DNA from: Podarcis liolepis
Lineage: Eukaryota
Assembly: GCA_965112155.1 (NCBI GenBank)
Contig: OZ218107.1
Strand: one strand, 5' to 3'
DNA length: 64,000 bases
Part shown: positions 12,221-23,712 of the stretch, one piece after another
Layout of the letters: each line of letters opens with the position of its first letter
Position numbering within the stretch: the first letter of the stretch is position 1
Notes under the pieces: model-generated
What the model was told of the DNA's origin: nothing
What the model saw: the letters and a program-made list of their open reading frames with translations, nothing else
The model's database searches: none
Made by a program: the position numbers and the translations under genes

Positions 12221-13474
12221 GCAGAGGAGACGGACTGGCAGTCCTTGAGTGGGAGGAGAAACTGGTACAGGCCAGGAATCCAATTAAGAAATTTATTCAA
12301 GGGAAGTATAAAAAGGGGGAAATGGGGAAAACATTGAGTATGCACCATCAAAAGGAAAATAAAAAACACCAACTCAACCAGGAATATTAGTCTATTTAGC
12401 CTTATACTAGGCAAACTCATGTAGCAAAGACTTTTGTTGAGGGTTACTTTCACACACATTTGGTAATTTGTGGAGATGCTGGAAAGATGAGTGACAAAGT
12501 AAAGGAGCATGATGTTATGCTTTATGCTGCTTAATTGAGGTGATAGAAATTGATAGCTAGAAGAGCAATTGACCAATGGGAGGCATGCAGGCAGGGGATG
12601 CTGGAGGAACAGGAAATAAATGCCAGCAATTGCCCCTAGAAGATGAGAATTAGGATGAAGATGGGCATGCTTTTCCTCATATAGTGATGCAGAGTCAAAG
12701 AGATGCTGGTTAAGTAGGTGACTGGCAGAACAACATGATATGGAGCCTGCTATTTCAGCCAACTATATGGGAAATTTAGAACGTTAGGCTTCACAGGTTC
12801 CAGGATTCTTGACAGTTGCATATTATGGAGCCTCTACATTGCCACAGCACTGCAGGACAGCTTTAGGGCTTTCTCAAATGAGGCATGCATATTGTCCAAG
12901 AGTAGCCTGCCATAGATGTATCATAGTACATACTCCAGGGAAATAATGTTGGATTTATTCCCTGATTAAAGGAGCCCAGAGGAAATTTATTTTTTATTCA
13001 CTTTGCCCTGAAACTATGTTGAATATAGGGTACAAACAGCAAAAGAGTAATGTTCAGGCTAGATGCCAGTTGGCATGACTTTCTTTACAGGGGACTTGGG
13101 TCTACTGAATTTGATAGAATTTGATAGGCTATTAAATAAATAATCAAGGGTAGAATGTCCAGTTGCAAATCTAGCTGGGGAATTTGATCAAGTGAGACTT
13201 ACTCTTCTACATACCTGTCCTTGTGAATGTAAATTATCACTCTTAATACTTTGTGTTGCCGGATAATTTTGATGAAAAATACAAGTAGAGGACAGGCTCC
13301 AAAAGAAGATGGAGGTGAAATAGCATATCTGCCACTAACATTTGTCAGAGGAAACATGTCTTCTTTTAAATTAAGTAAGCCAAGCATACATAGTGTAGTA
13401 ATGAAAATGCCAACTTCATGCTAATCTAGTGTATACTCTGCCAAATGATTTATAAAATATTAGTTTCATCATCA

Positions 13475-13625
13475 ACAGTCTTGCAGCATGGTAAAGAGTA
13501 ACAAATTTATTATGGCATAATCTTTCTTTAACTCACAAAAGTTTATAACATGTTAAATGTGTTGGTCTTTAAAATGCTACATGAGTCACGTTTTTGCTGC
13601 AACGGACTAATACGACCACTGTTTC
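13475..13625. mobile_element. Degraded Penelope-like terminal-repeat remnant in inverted arrangement
   Basis: taaagagtaacaaatttattatggcataatctttc followed by its approximate inverse aaaagtttataacatgttaaatgtgttggtctttaaaatgctac; the second part resembles ttagttggtctttaaggtgctac at 51911-51933. Confidence 0.5.
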
Positions 13626-14085
13626 AGAAGCTGTTAACGTGGAAGGTCTTATAATGGCACAATGTATAGTTTCCTATAGCCCGCAAATGCTTTTCATGCT
13701 TAGAATGTAGCAAATGTATGCATTTTGTATCGTCACTTGGCATGGCGTGCTCTTATGTTTTCCAGATGAAAAACTTCAGAAACAGAGGCAGGAAGCAGAG
13801 CATGAAACAAGCAAACACTTTGAAACACAAAGTTAGGTACCGAAGCAACATAGGGCTTGCCTACACTTCTGCTTGTCCTATGCCTAGAAGGCATGACTCT
13901 GAGCAGTTCTAATCCCAGTGGTTCTCAAACTTTTTTTCTCTGGGCCACACTTTCAGAATAAAAATAATGTTTTGCATTATTTAGGATGAAATTGTAAAAT
14001 GGTGATTTTTATCTTCAATGTATTAAATGTTTCCTCTGCTGCTGCTGAACCCACTTCAATTCAGTGAAGATAAGGGCATAGATAG

Positions 14086-14088
<3 letters not shown>

Positions 14089-14159
<71 letters not shown>
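14089..14159. repeat. Compound (GT)n(AT)n(AG)n microsatellite
   Basis: Direct reading. Confidence 0.95.
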
Positions 14160-15324
14160 TAGTGTTTCACAGTATTGTTGGGGAGATTGGATAGGGGTAA
14201 TCAGGTGCCTCACACACTGCAGTCCTTTGGAAATGCCATTTGTGTTTAATTTTTTTTTGGTGTGTGTGTTATATGAATTGGTCAGGCCTCTTAATGTGGC
14301 TCTAAGTAATATCACTGAAGGCCATGGTGATGTTCACATGTGAGAAAGAAAATATTCAAGCTTGCAAATGGCTCTTAGCCAGTCAAAGACAGGATGGATA
14401 GATCAAAGGTTGGGGAAATGCAGCTCTCCTACAGTTCCCCAGCAAAACGTTCGGAGAATAATAACCAAGACAACATTAACTAATATGGCTAAAGTGAACA
14501 AAAACCTCTTAAAAACACACACACATTTGCTACAGTATGGGACCCAGAATTGGAAAGCTAACATGAAACCCTACAGAACCGCAGCTTCAGTTAATGTGAG
14601 GAGAAACTAGTCTTGTTTCCGGCTCCCACAGTGCATTGCCATGGACTCTGACAGTGAACCTGCACTATGTATTCTGTTGTATTGCACACCTGCCTGCCTG
14701 CCAAGCCCTGCAGTCAATCTGCAACTGGATCTGCACATACTGGGTCTGCAGCAACGGACAAAGATTCCACACTTACCTTTTGCCTACTCTTTCCAGGCAC
14801 AGGTCCATGCTTAAAAGCTTCATGTCCAAGCATTGTTGCTGTTGTTTTTGCCCTGGAGCAAAAACCTGCAAAAACCCACTGTTTAGCACTAAAGCAGAGC
14901 AAATGTCAATTTGGGTTTTCTGTGGATTAAAGTTTGCTCCAGTCAAACTTTAAATAGCAGGTGTTCATAGGGAAAGCTTTGGAGCCAAAAAAAAGGGTCC
15001 TTGGACACGGAGCTTTAAAGTGCAGACCGTGCCTGGGAAGAGCAGAGGAAAGGTAAGTGTGGATAATCCTTGAATCTATACCCAAGCCTAAATATGTGTG
15101 ATTGGAATAATCACATATGTTTACCCCTGCCTTCACTTTCCTCCTCTTCCTCTATTCTTTTCCCCATGTGAAATTACAGTTTGTAAACTCCTCAGGGCAG
15201 GGAACCTATCCTATTGCACTCTGTAAAGCACCATGCACATGGATAGTACAATAATAAGAGCAAACTCTCTGATTGTGCTGGTTAGTTATCTCTGGTGGAC
15301 TAGAGATAGAGGTGAAAGCTGTTT

Positions 15325-15533
15325 CCTGGTGCCTTCATTACATATCTTTAGGCCCTGGAAGAAAACATTCTTCTTCTCCCTGGCCTTGGGCTGATAAATC
15401 TATGGGCTTTTAAATTGTTTGTGTGTGGAGGGGTATTGTTTTGTTTGTCATTGTAGTATGCATTTCTGTGTTTTTATATTGCAAACTACCCTGTGAACTT
15501 TGAATGAAGAGTGAGTGGTGTAGAAATTTAATA

Positions 15534-15582
<49 letters not shown>

Positions 15583-15586
15583 TAAT
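15325..15586 (+). mobile_element. L2 LINE 3' end with (AAT)n tail
   Basis: cctggtgccttcattacatatctttagg is shared with the L2 end at 63660; ends in (AAT)n at ~15531-15586. Confidence 0.65.
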
Positions 15587-15830
15587 GCAGGCACGTGATT
15601 GTTGACTGACCAAGAGCAGATACTTGTGGTCAGTTAGCAGTTTTATGGCTACATGGTGCTGACTTCACTATCCCTGCATCAAACGTTACCAAACGACACC
15701 TGCCAGTAAAGGCCTGGAACCCAACCTCCCCCCCCCCCCCCAATGCATGCACTTGCCTGCATGCACTTGCCTTGGTTGCTTATTTGTGGTGGCAGCAATT
15801 TATTAACATTGCATCACCCCTGACTGCAGC

Positions 15831-15920
15831 TAGATAGATAGATAAATTTATTGTCATTGTCCGTATATACACAGTATACACAACAACGAAAATCAAAACC
15901 CACCCAAAGACCGGGTTCAC
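15831..15920 (-). mobile_element. Short LINE 3' end (Rex1/Babar-like) with (TCTA)n tail
   Basis: Minus strand reads ttcgttgttgtgtatactgtgtatatacggacaatgacaataaatttatctatctatcta. Confidence 0.5.
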
Positions 15921-16337
15921 ATATACATTTGCTGTGGACCATAGTCTACTCCTTCCATCACTGTCACAGAATTGGAGAGAAAGATGGATGCACTCTGCCT
16001 TGTTGCAGAATCATCTCATGTTTTCAGGCTATTAAGTATCTGGCTGAGTTTATTCAGATACATAAAAGAACTGAGAGTCAGCGAAGGATACTATCACCTC
16101 TTTCATAAATATATAAGAAGTTTAAGTGGGGAATGTCAGAATGCTTTCCCTTGCTTCTTATCACCCACTGGATGCTTAAAAGTGATTGTTAAGGCTTCAC
16201 TAAACAGACATCCAGGCTTTATCAGCATTGTCTCCACTTAAAGTATCAAAGCATCCATCTGATGGGGGCTTTGGTGCACTGACACTAATGTAGCTGGTCC
16301 CCCTCCCTCATTTTTGTTTCATCCTATATCCATGTGC

Positions 16338-16864
16338 CTCAGCTTCAGGATCTGTCCTTCCAGTGAGCACATAGGGCTGATTTCCTTCAGAATGGAGAGG
16401 TTTGATCTTCTTGCAGTCCATGGGACTCTCAAGAGTCTACTCCAGCACCAGAATTCAAAAGCATCAATTCTTCGGCGATCAGCCTTCTTGATGGTCCAGC
16501 TCTCACTTCCATACATCACTACTGGGAAAACCATAGCTTTTACTATACGGACCTTTGTCAGCAAAGTGATGTCTCTGCTTTTTAAGATGCTGTCTAGTAT
16601 TGGAGATGCTCTCTAGCTGAGGCTCTAATACTTCGGCCACCTCATGAGAAGAGAAGACTACCTGGAAAAGACCCTGATGTTGGGAAAGATTGAGGGCACA
16701 AGGAGAAGGGGACGACAGAGGCCGAGATGGTTGGATAGTGTTCTCGACGCTACCAGCATGAGTTTGACCAAACTGAGGGAGGTAGTGGAAGACAGGAGTG
16801 CCTGGCATGCTCTGGTTCATGGGGTCATGAAGAGTCAGACACGACTAAACGACTAAACAACAAC
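16338..16864 (+). mobile_element. RTE-BovB LINE, 5'-truncated, with inverted 5' segment (16338-16597 on minus strand, 16615-16864 on plus strand)
   Basis: Minus frame TKVRIVKAMVFPVVMYGSESWTIKKADRRRIDAFEFWCW...LEGQILKLR continues in the plus frame YFGHLMRREDYLEKTLMLGKIEGTRRRGRQR..WLD...VHGVMKSQTRLND*; (CAA)n tail; TSD atatccatgtgc/atatccacgtgc. Confidence 0.93.
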
Positions 16865-16951
16865 ATATCCACGTGCAAGACTATAGCTCTCCCAATCATG
16901 ATTGAAGCCCACAGAGAAGCTGCTGGGTGGCAGGGAAGGATAAGACTATAG

Positions 16952-17092
16952 AGCAGGAGTGAGGAACCTCCCCCCCCCGCCCCGACATTGTTGGAATCCA
17001 ACTCCTATCAGTTTCAGTCAATACAACTAAGAGCCAAGGATGTTGGGAGTTCTAATCAAGCAACATCTGGAGGGCAGTAGTTTCCTCATCCA
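16952..17092. mobile_element. Short hAT-type MITE (degenerate); related copies at ~25611-25691 and ~31815-32001
   Basis: caggagtgaggaacc...gttggaatccaactcctatc...gatgttgggagttctaatcaagcaacatctggagggcagtagtttcctcatcc; internally palindromic. Confidence 0.6.
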
Positions 17093-17186
17093 TAGAGTGG
17101 GGTATAGCAAATAGGGGGTTGTAGCAAAAATGTCATGGAAAAGGTGGGTTTTGAAAGGAATTTTGAAAGAACTAAGGCAGGTGCCA

Positions 17187-17542
17187 GGGACCCGGGTGGT
17201 GCTGTGGGTTAAACCACAGAGCTTAGGACTTGCCGATCAGAAGATCAGCAGTTCGAATCCCTGCAACGGTGTGAGCTCCCATTGTTTGGTCCCAGCTCCT
17301 GCCAACATAGCAGTTCGAAAGCACATCAAAGTGCAAGTAGATAAATAGGTACTGCTCTGGTGGAAAGGTAAACGACGTTTCCATGCACTGCTCTGGTTTG
17401 CCAGAAGCAGCTTAGTCATGCTGGCCACATGACCCGGAAGCTGTACGTCAGCTCCCTCGGCCAGTAAAGCGAGATGAGTGCCACAACCCCAGAGTCGGTC
17501 ATGGCTGGACCTAATGGTCAGGGGTCCCTTTACTTTTACCTT
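17187..17542 (+). mobile_element. Full-length Sauria SINE with TSD
   Basis: Starts gggacccgggtggtgctgtgggttaaacc and ends in an (ACCTTT)-like tail; 14-bp TSD taaggcaggtgcca (17173-17186) / taaggcaggtgaca (17543-17556). Confidence 0.93.
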
Positions 17543-17954
17543 TAAGGCAGGTGACATGTTGTAAGAGTCAGTGCCAAGTGTAAGGGACTAATGGCAGAGT
17601 CTTTGGAGGGAGCAGGACACCTTCGGCTGTGGAACTGGAAGAATAAATATCAGTGGGATAATACCAAGAACTAAAAGCAGAGAGGGGGGGGGGAGCCAAG
17701 GCCATGGAAAAACACCTCACCGGTTGCCCATTTGTTGCCACTGGAGCTGCCTCATCTTGCTTCTGCTGCTGGGAAGAAAAGTGCTTTATGGCTGAGTGCC
17801 TGACATGGAATATGGCACAACTTCTTTCTTTCTCAGACAACTGGCTGCTGGATGGTTCATTCTTCAACAGGAGGAAGGAGGAAGAAGGGAGGAGGTGGCA
17901 GTGATGGAGGCCAACTGGTGGGGAAATAGCCCTGGATTAAATGATAGGCTACCC

Positions 17955-18112
17955 AACATAGGAATCTACTTTATACTGAGTCAGACAGTGGGTCCGTCCA
18001 GCTCTGTAGTATCTTCACTGACTGGCAGTGATTCTCCAGAGTTTCAGACAGGAGCCTCTCTCAGATGTGCCTGGAAATTCCAGGGTTTGAACCTGGGATC
18101 TCCTGTATGCAT
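17955..18112 (-). mobile_element. Squam3-type SINE
   Basis: Reverse-complement similarity to 7642-7842 and 18791-18975 (aacataggaa...ttatactgagtcagac...gactggcagtgattctccag...ttgaacctggg). Confidence 0.65.
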
Positions 18113-18302
18113 AGTCTGACCAGTTTGATTGCCACTGTTCAATGCTAAGGAGCCACAGGCCAGTTGTAGCTCCTGGGCTGCCCATTGCTCACCTCAAACA
18201 TAGGACTTCTTCCTTGGCCTTTTAAATTGACTTGGAATGAATGAAATGCAATTACTGGTGCTTGTGTGTCTAAACTGTGAAATATATCCATTATATATAA
18301 AC

Positions 18303-18305
<3 letters not shown>

Positions 18306-18340
<35 letters not shown>
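18306..18340. repeat. (CT)n microsatellite
   Basis: Direct reading. Confidence 0.95.
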
Positions 18341-18344
<4 letters not shown>

Positions 18345-18790
18345 ACTTTAGCTAACCATGAATCTTGATTGGTTCAGGTTGTTTAAGTCCACACCACTTC
18401 TCTTAAAAATGTCTTTCGAGCCTAGATTTGCTCACTAAGAGCACGTGGGAAAACATCTAATCTCACAATTGCTTATTTAGCCAGATTGACCAATGCTTTA
18501 AGAGCTGTGCTGCCGCTATTGCTAATAAGCATTATATGACATTTTCTTTTAAATATGTGTGTTTCACACACACATTTATTAAATCAATTTGCACTATCCA
18601 CAGCTGGTCAAGTAGATTAGATTCTTGATTGTGGAATAGGCAAACCTTTATTATAACCTAACAATCTAAATTAATTTAATTCAATATTTTCTTTGCCCCA
18701 AATCAGCATCAAATTGAAATTGAAACTCTAGAGTGTGAAATTGACTTATCCTGCTTTCTTAGATCCTCAAATCATTCCTTGGTAACTGCA

Positions 18791-18975
18791 AGGCCATAGC
18801 TAAGTGGAAGAGCTTTGCATGCGGAAGGTTCCAGGTTCAATTTCTTCCATCCCTACCTGAAAAGTAGCTGTGCCATGAAAGGCCTCTACCTGACATCTCA
18901 GAGAGCTACTGGCACTTAAATCAGTGCTAGATATACTGTTGATCTGAACCAATAAAATGCAATGCCTTATGTGCA
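18791..18975 (+). mobile_element. Squam3-type SINE
   Basis: ggccatagctaagtggaagagc...tgcatgcggaaggttccaggttcaat tRNA-like head. Confidence 0.65.
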
Positions 18976-19067
18976 ACTCACAATTGTTTTTCAAAGAGTC
19001 ACTTTCTTTGCCTCCCTCCCAGTATTAGTTTGGAAGGAAAGGATGCTAGAATCTAAGAGAATTGACT

Positions 19068-19300
19068 ACTGTTGTTGTCATCTGTTTGTCTCTAGTAACA
19101 ATGGAAGAGTGTGCCATTTATGGTAAGGTCAAACTGTTGGAAAGTTATAGTGGCTGTAGAAACCAATATGGGAGAGATGTTTTAATGCAAGTGGGGCAGA
19201 TGAAGGCGTCTGGTTTTGCAGCTACGGGTACACCATGGTATTTCTTCTCTCTCTCCTCTTCCCAGCAGTCATTCCTCCTCTGGTCACTGCTGTGGATACA
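19068..19300 (-). mobile_element. RTE-clade LINE 3' fragment
   Basis: Minus frame QRRNDCWEEEREKK...DAFICPTCIKT (C-terminal Cys motif) with (CAA)n tail; homologous to 23535-23712 and 29305-29470. Confidence 0.65.
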
Positions 19301-20903
19301 TGACCTCTCTGTCTGTCTATACATCACCTAAAAATGGAAGATACTGGGAAGATGATAGGCTTGTGGCTATAATAGTAATATCTACTAGCCAAAAAGACTG
19401 CTGAGGAAGAAATAGAATATTTAAGTGGAAAATTCTCACTATTAAACAAGTGTATTGTGATATTTTTCATCTGCTGGGACTGAACAAGTCATCTAAGTAG
19501 TTTACTGTGAGCCATGGGCATGTAGGATGACTTTCCACAAGCTTCTTATCACAATCCGGCCAGTAATATGTGTTTGTGTGGGTGTTATTTGGATAACTAT
19601 TTCACTACATGAACATCCAAACCAGGCACAGAGGCAACTGGTTTGTCACCATGCAGTGTAGCCCTCCAGGTCAGTTATACTTTAAAATGCAGGAGAGGAA
19701 GCAGGGCACAACAATAAGTTTTTGGTATGGTAGACCCAAACTACTAAGAACTTGCAAAACAAAACCACCACCCTGGAAATTATTGAACTTCTACCATCTG
19801 TCCCAGTTACAGTTTCTGAACTATCTTCTGGGTAGTCTCATATATAGGTCATAAAAGCAGTTCAGCCTTAACATTACAAAGAAGCCTATTCTTTAGCATA
19901 ACATTTTATCTACTTAGAAAGTCCTTTCTCTTCTATTAAGGATGTTTTGTTGGATTTCCTGTTATTCTGAACAGCAGGTGACAGATGATTTCACTAACTG
20001 CTCTGTGGCTCCTTGTATTTTCCCGTAGGAAGCAGCTGATATTGACCGCTTAAAAGACTGATAGTTGTAGGGTTCCTGTATTTCTAGGAGGTGAGATCAG
20101 ATAAACTAGATCAGTGTACTGTTGTCTGAATGAAAAGTCACTGATGGAAATATATATATGTATTTAAAAAATATGTGTTAAAATGGTCAATGTATTCTGC
20201 AAAATATTGCCAATAAGAGAAACAAAATTGAACAAAAACAAAACAATTATTTAGACCAGTTAGTGGAATGTGTTTCCTCATGGTGAACAGTGCAATCCCG
20301 CAGAGAAAAATACATTCTGTTGGAACATAAAGCTGTTTCAAAATAGGGATGGACAGTGCATGAGAAACTGCATTGCAGAGACCAACTGAGCCACAACCAG
20401 GGTGGGTGAGAGGTAGATAAGAGGAAACTGCAAGGTGAGCAAACTACTAGATGCAGAAATATATGTGGAAAGGGCAAGTTGTAAAGAGAATCTGGTATGA
20501 TCAAAGGGGGAAAGTTTCATTAAATGTAAAACCTGTGAGGCAATTTACAAAAGAAAGGGAGACATGATTCTTTTCCTTTCTGTGCTCTGATGTGCTCCAA
20601 GCCATCTTTCTGTGCTCCAAGCCATCTTTCTCAAGGTTTCATATGCAAATTATCATCTGAAGCTCCAGAAAGAGTTGGATGGGTTGGGGAAGCAAGATGA
20701 ATGCAGGATGGGATGACAAGGAGTAAAGAAGATATAAACTTAAGAGAGTCATTGTGTCCAGAGTGTAGTGCCCAGTTCTGGAAATCATTGTCTCAGGAAT
20801 CTCTCTAGTTCCACAAATGCCTTGCTGAATGTCACTGCATCAGCTTTAGCAATGCACAGTTGAATACCTCAGGTGTGCACATAAGTTTATTTCTATCTAC
20901 AAC

Positions 20904-20906
<3 letters not shown>

Positions 20907-20946
<40 letters not shown>
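20907..20946. repeat. (AG)n microsatellite
   Basis: Direct reading. Confidence 0.95.
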
Positions 20947-20951
<5 letters not shown>

Positions 20952-22674
20952 CAAAAGATGTGACGGGAAGAACATTTCTAGTTTCTAAAAGGGCACCATA
21001 TAATAAATACTGACAATCATGTGTAAGCTTTCTTTATATTGTCAGCAGCAAGATTTGACCTATGCACTTCAAGATATGAGGCAAGCTTATGCAATCTGAC
21101 TTACAAATCTATCCCTTGCACCTTGGCTTGGCCCAAATATGTAACAGTTCATGGTTTACCATGTATTCAGCAATATCGTTACAGATGCCTTGGTAACGAA
21201 TGCACATCTAATGCTCTGTAGGTCATAGCTTGTACCTCAGGATGAGTTATTACTTTTAAGGCTCCAGAATAGGCTGACAGCCATGGAAACTGAACCAGTG
21301 ATTTTTCTTGAACTTCTTCCTTTTGAATTCGCACTACTCTCTTCTCATACTTTCTCAAACTAGTTTATATTTTTCTATTAACTTGGTTTGAACACACTTG
21401 TGCTATTTCCATCTTGCGACTATACACATGTTGAAGCCTAGGGACTTCTGAAAACAGCTTGGCCTATAATATATTTATTATTATTATTTATTTATCTAAC
21501 AAATTGATAGACTACTTAAAAAGTCATTGAGGTGGTGCAGACAACAAAAACAGAATAAAACACAAGACCTAAAAATAGTAAAACAATTTCTATAAACTCA
21601 AAAAACCGTATTTACAAATTATAAAAATAGTAAAACGGTCTATGCAGGTAATACAATTGGTATTCCATAAATAACTGGGTTACACCCCAGGGAAAGCTGC
21701 CTTAAATGAAAATATATTCAGTCAAGTATCTAAACATACCAGTAATGGCGCTGGGTGCCTAGGTATATATCAAATAATTTGAAAGGCCTGGAAAATATGT
21801 TCATAAAGTTGATTGAATAAGGATGCAATCCTATATATACTTTCCTGGGAATACTCCTCATTGAACTTAATGGAACTTACTTATGCGTAGACATGAATAG
21901 GGTTGCATTATAAATTAATCTAAACTGAAAATTAAAGATCTTAAAAACAGATCAGTTGAATCTGCCCTGGACCTGAATAGAATAGATCAGCTCCTGTAGC
22001 TGTAAATCTGAAGTCTGGTTCACACAAACAAGTGGCACAAGGTTTTTCTCTTCCTCACACCCTGCCTCTCCCTGTTCTGCCTGCCATTCTCTCCTTTTTA
22101 CTACCTTAATTACTGTTTGCATAGTGCTTTGAAAATGTGAAGTGCTGTATAAATGCTAACATTTCTTTCTTTCTGGCTCTTCTCTTTGCATATGCCTCTT
22201 TGTATTCCCTTCCCTTTGTGAATGTGCAGGTCTAAATTATTTATAAGCTTATAGAGTAATTACGGAAATGATTTAATTACTCAGTTAACACAGTTCTTTG
22301 CATCACAGGCTCAACCTGGGTGGCAATCTGCTTGCTGCAGAGTGTCATTGCAGAAGGGATTAAGTGGAGGAAAAGGGGGGAATGTGGGGAAGGGAGAAAG
22401 GAACAACTGATACCCCACCTCACCTGCGCTAATTTATCAGAAAGTGATTATGTTGACGACAGTGGAATGATTAATCAGATATTTATTGCAGCTTAAGTTC
22501 CTATAGACAGCAGCCATTCTTTTGATTTCAGAGGTTGGAGAAGAGTGGCTGTCGTAGAGTCACTCTCTATAAGATAACCATTACTCACCAAAAAGGGTTT
22601 GAAGGTAAGGGGGAGAATTTATCTGCCATTACATTGGCACCTTGATCTAGTTTCCCTTTTGTTTGACAGTAAAG

Positions 22675-23446
22675 CAGAGATGTAGCATGGGGGGGGGAGC
22701 AGGGCTGTGGCCCCAGGTGCACAGGCAGGCGCATTGGTCTAGTGGGCAGGTGGGTGGAGGGCAGCAGGCAAGGAGCCTGTTGGAGGCGCGCTCTGTTCAG
22801 GCCGTCTTAAGCATATCTGGCGCCGTGGTGCAAAGATCCCTCCTGCGCCCCCGTGGCAACTCCAAAACAAGGGAGGGGGCGGTGGAAAATGTCCTCTGCC
22901 TCCCCCACTGCCCCGATCCCTGACGTGGCGGCGGCAATCAAGCAGGAAAACGTGCTGGCGGACATGCTCTCCGGGGTTGGGGCACCTGAGAAGGCAGCCT
23001 GGGAATGCTGCGCACCACTTTTCGCCAGGAAGCAGGAGGAGGACAACGATCAGGAGCAGGGCCGTCTTTAGCAGATGCAGAGGCTTGGGAGGGAAGCAGC
23101 TTCCCTCCTAAGCCTCTGCGGGGATCGCTCTCCTCCTGTGGAGGCTTGGGAAGGAAGCTGCACACCTGCCAGCCAGCCATATAGTTGGTGGGGCGCAGCT
23201 GGCGGGCGTGCAGGTAAAGGGGAGGCTGCCGGCAAAGTTGCATAGCTCCCCCACTCGCTAGGGCGCCCCTGAGAGGCCGGCGCCCTGGCGCAACGAACCA
23301 CTAACACCAGTGGGGAAGATGGCTCTGGCTTTGTTCACCCTCCGTGCATGCCCTCCTGGTGCGCATCCCCACCCCAGCTGCCCCGTTCACCAAGAGGGTG
23401 CAACACTTGCCTGCTCTTGGCTCTGGCAACCCACACTACGCTGCTG
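22675..23446. mobile_element. Older hAT MITE (outer element of a nested pair)
   Basis: Ends cagagatgtagcatggggg / caacccacactacgctgctg resemble the ends of 39275-39420; 8-bp TSD cagtaaag (22667-22674) / caataaag (23447-23454). Confidence 0.72.
22798..23327. mobile_element. Younger GC/CpG-rich hAT MITE (inner element), 530 bp
   Basis: TIRs caggccgtctt / aagatggctctg; 8-bp TSD gctctgtt (22790-22797) / gctttgtt (23328-23335); extra TIR copy cagggccgtctt at 23057. Confidence 0.82.
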
Positions 23447-23534
23447 CAATAAAGGGCTTCTTTGGTGGGAAGGATTTGCCTTTTGGAGAGTGCATACTCC
23501 AGTAGCCTGGAAATGCATTCCTCTATCTGGATAT

Positions 23535-23712
23535 TGCTGGCATCTGTCTGTCCTGAGATACAATGGAAGAGTGCACCATTGGGGGTGAAGTCAAACCATT
23601 GAAGAGTTACGGCACCACAGAGACCAATATGGGAGATGTTTTGTTGCAGCTAGGGCAGATGAAGGCATCCAATTGTACTGCTGCAGATACACCATGGCAT
23701 TTCTTCTCTCTG
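23535..23712 (-). mobile_element. RTE-clade LINE 3' fragment
   Basis: Homologous to 19068-19300 (acaatggaagagtg...gtcaaac...accaatatgggaga...gcagatgaaggc...acaccatgg). Confidence 0.65.

Noticed and set aside
12142-12762. 206-aa minus-strand ORF
   Set aside because: No recognisable domain; it is the antisense of purine-rich, probably degenerate LINE-derived sequence.
14061-15613. ORFs with YIYI, poly-L or HTHT runs (also at 11439, 44233, 63081)
   Set aside because: Translations of microsatellites.
22680-23450. CpG-island promoter or GC-rich coding exon (several overlapping ORFs)
   Set aside because: Explained by two nested hAT MITEs with TIRs and 8-bp TSDs.
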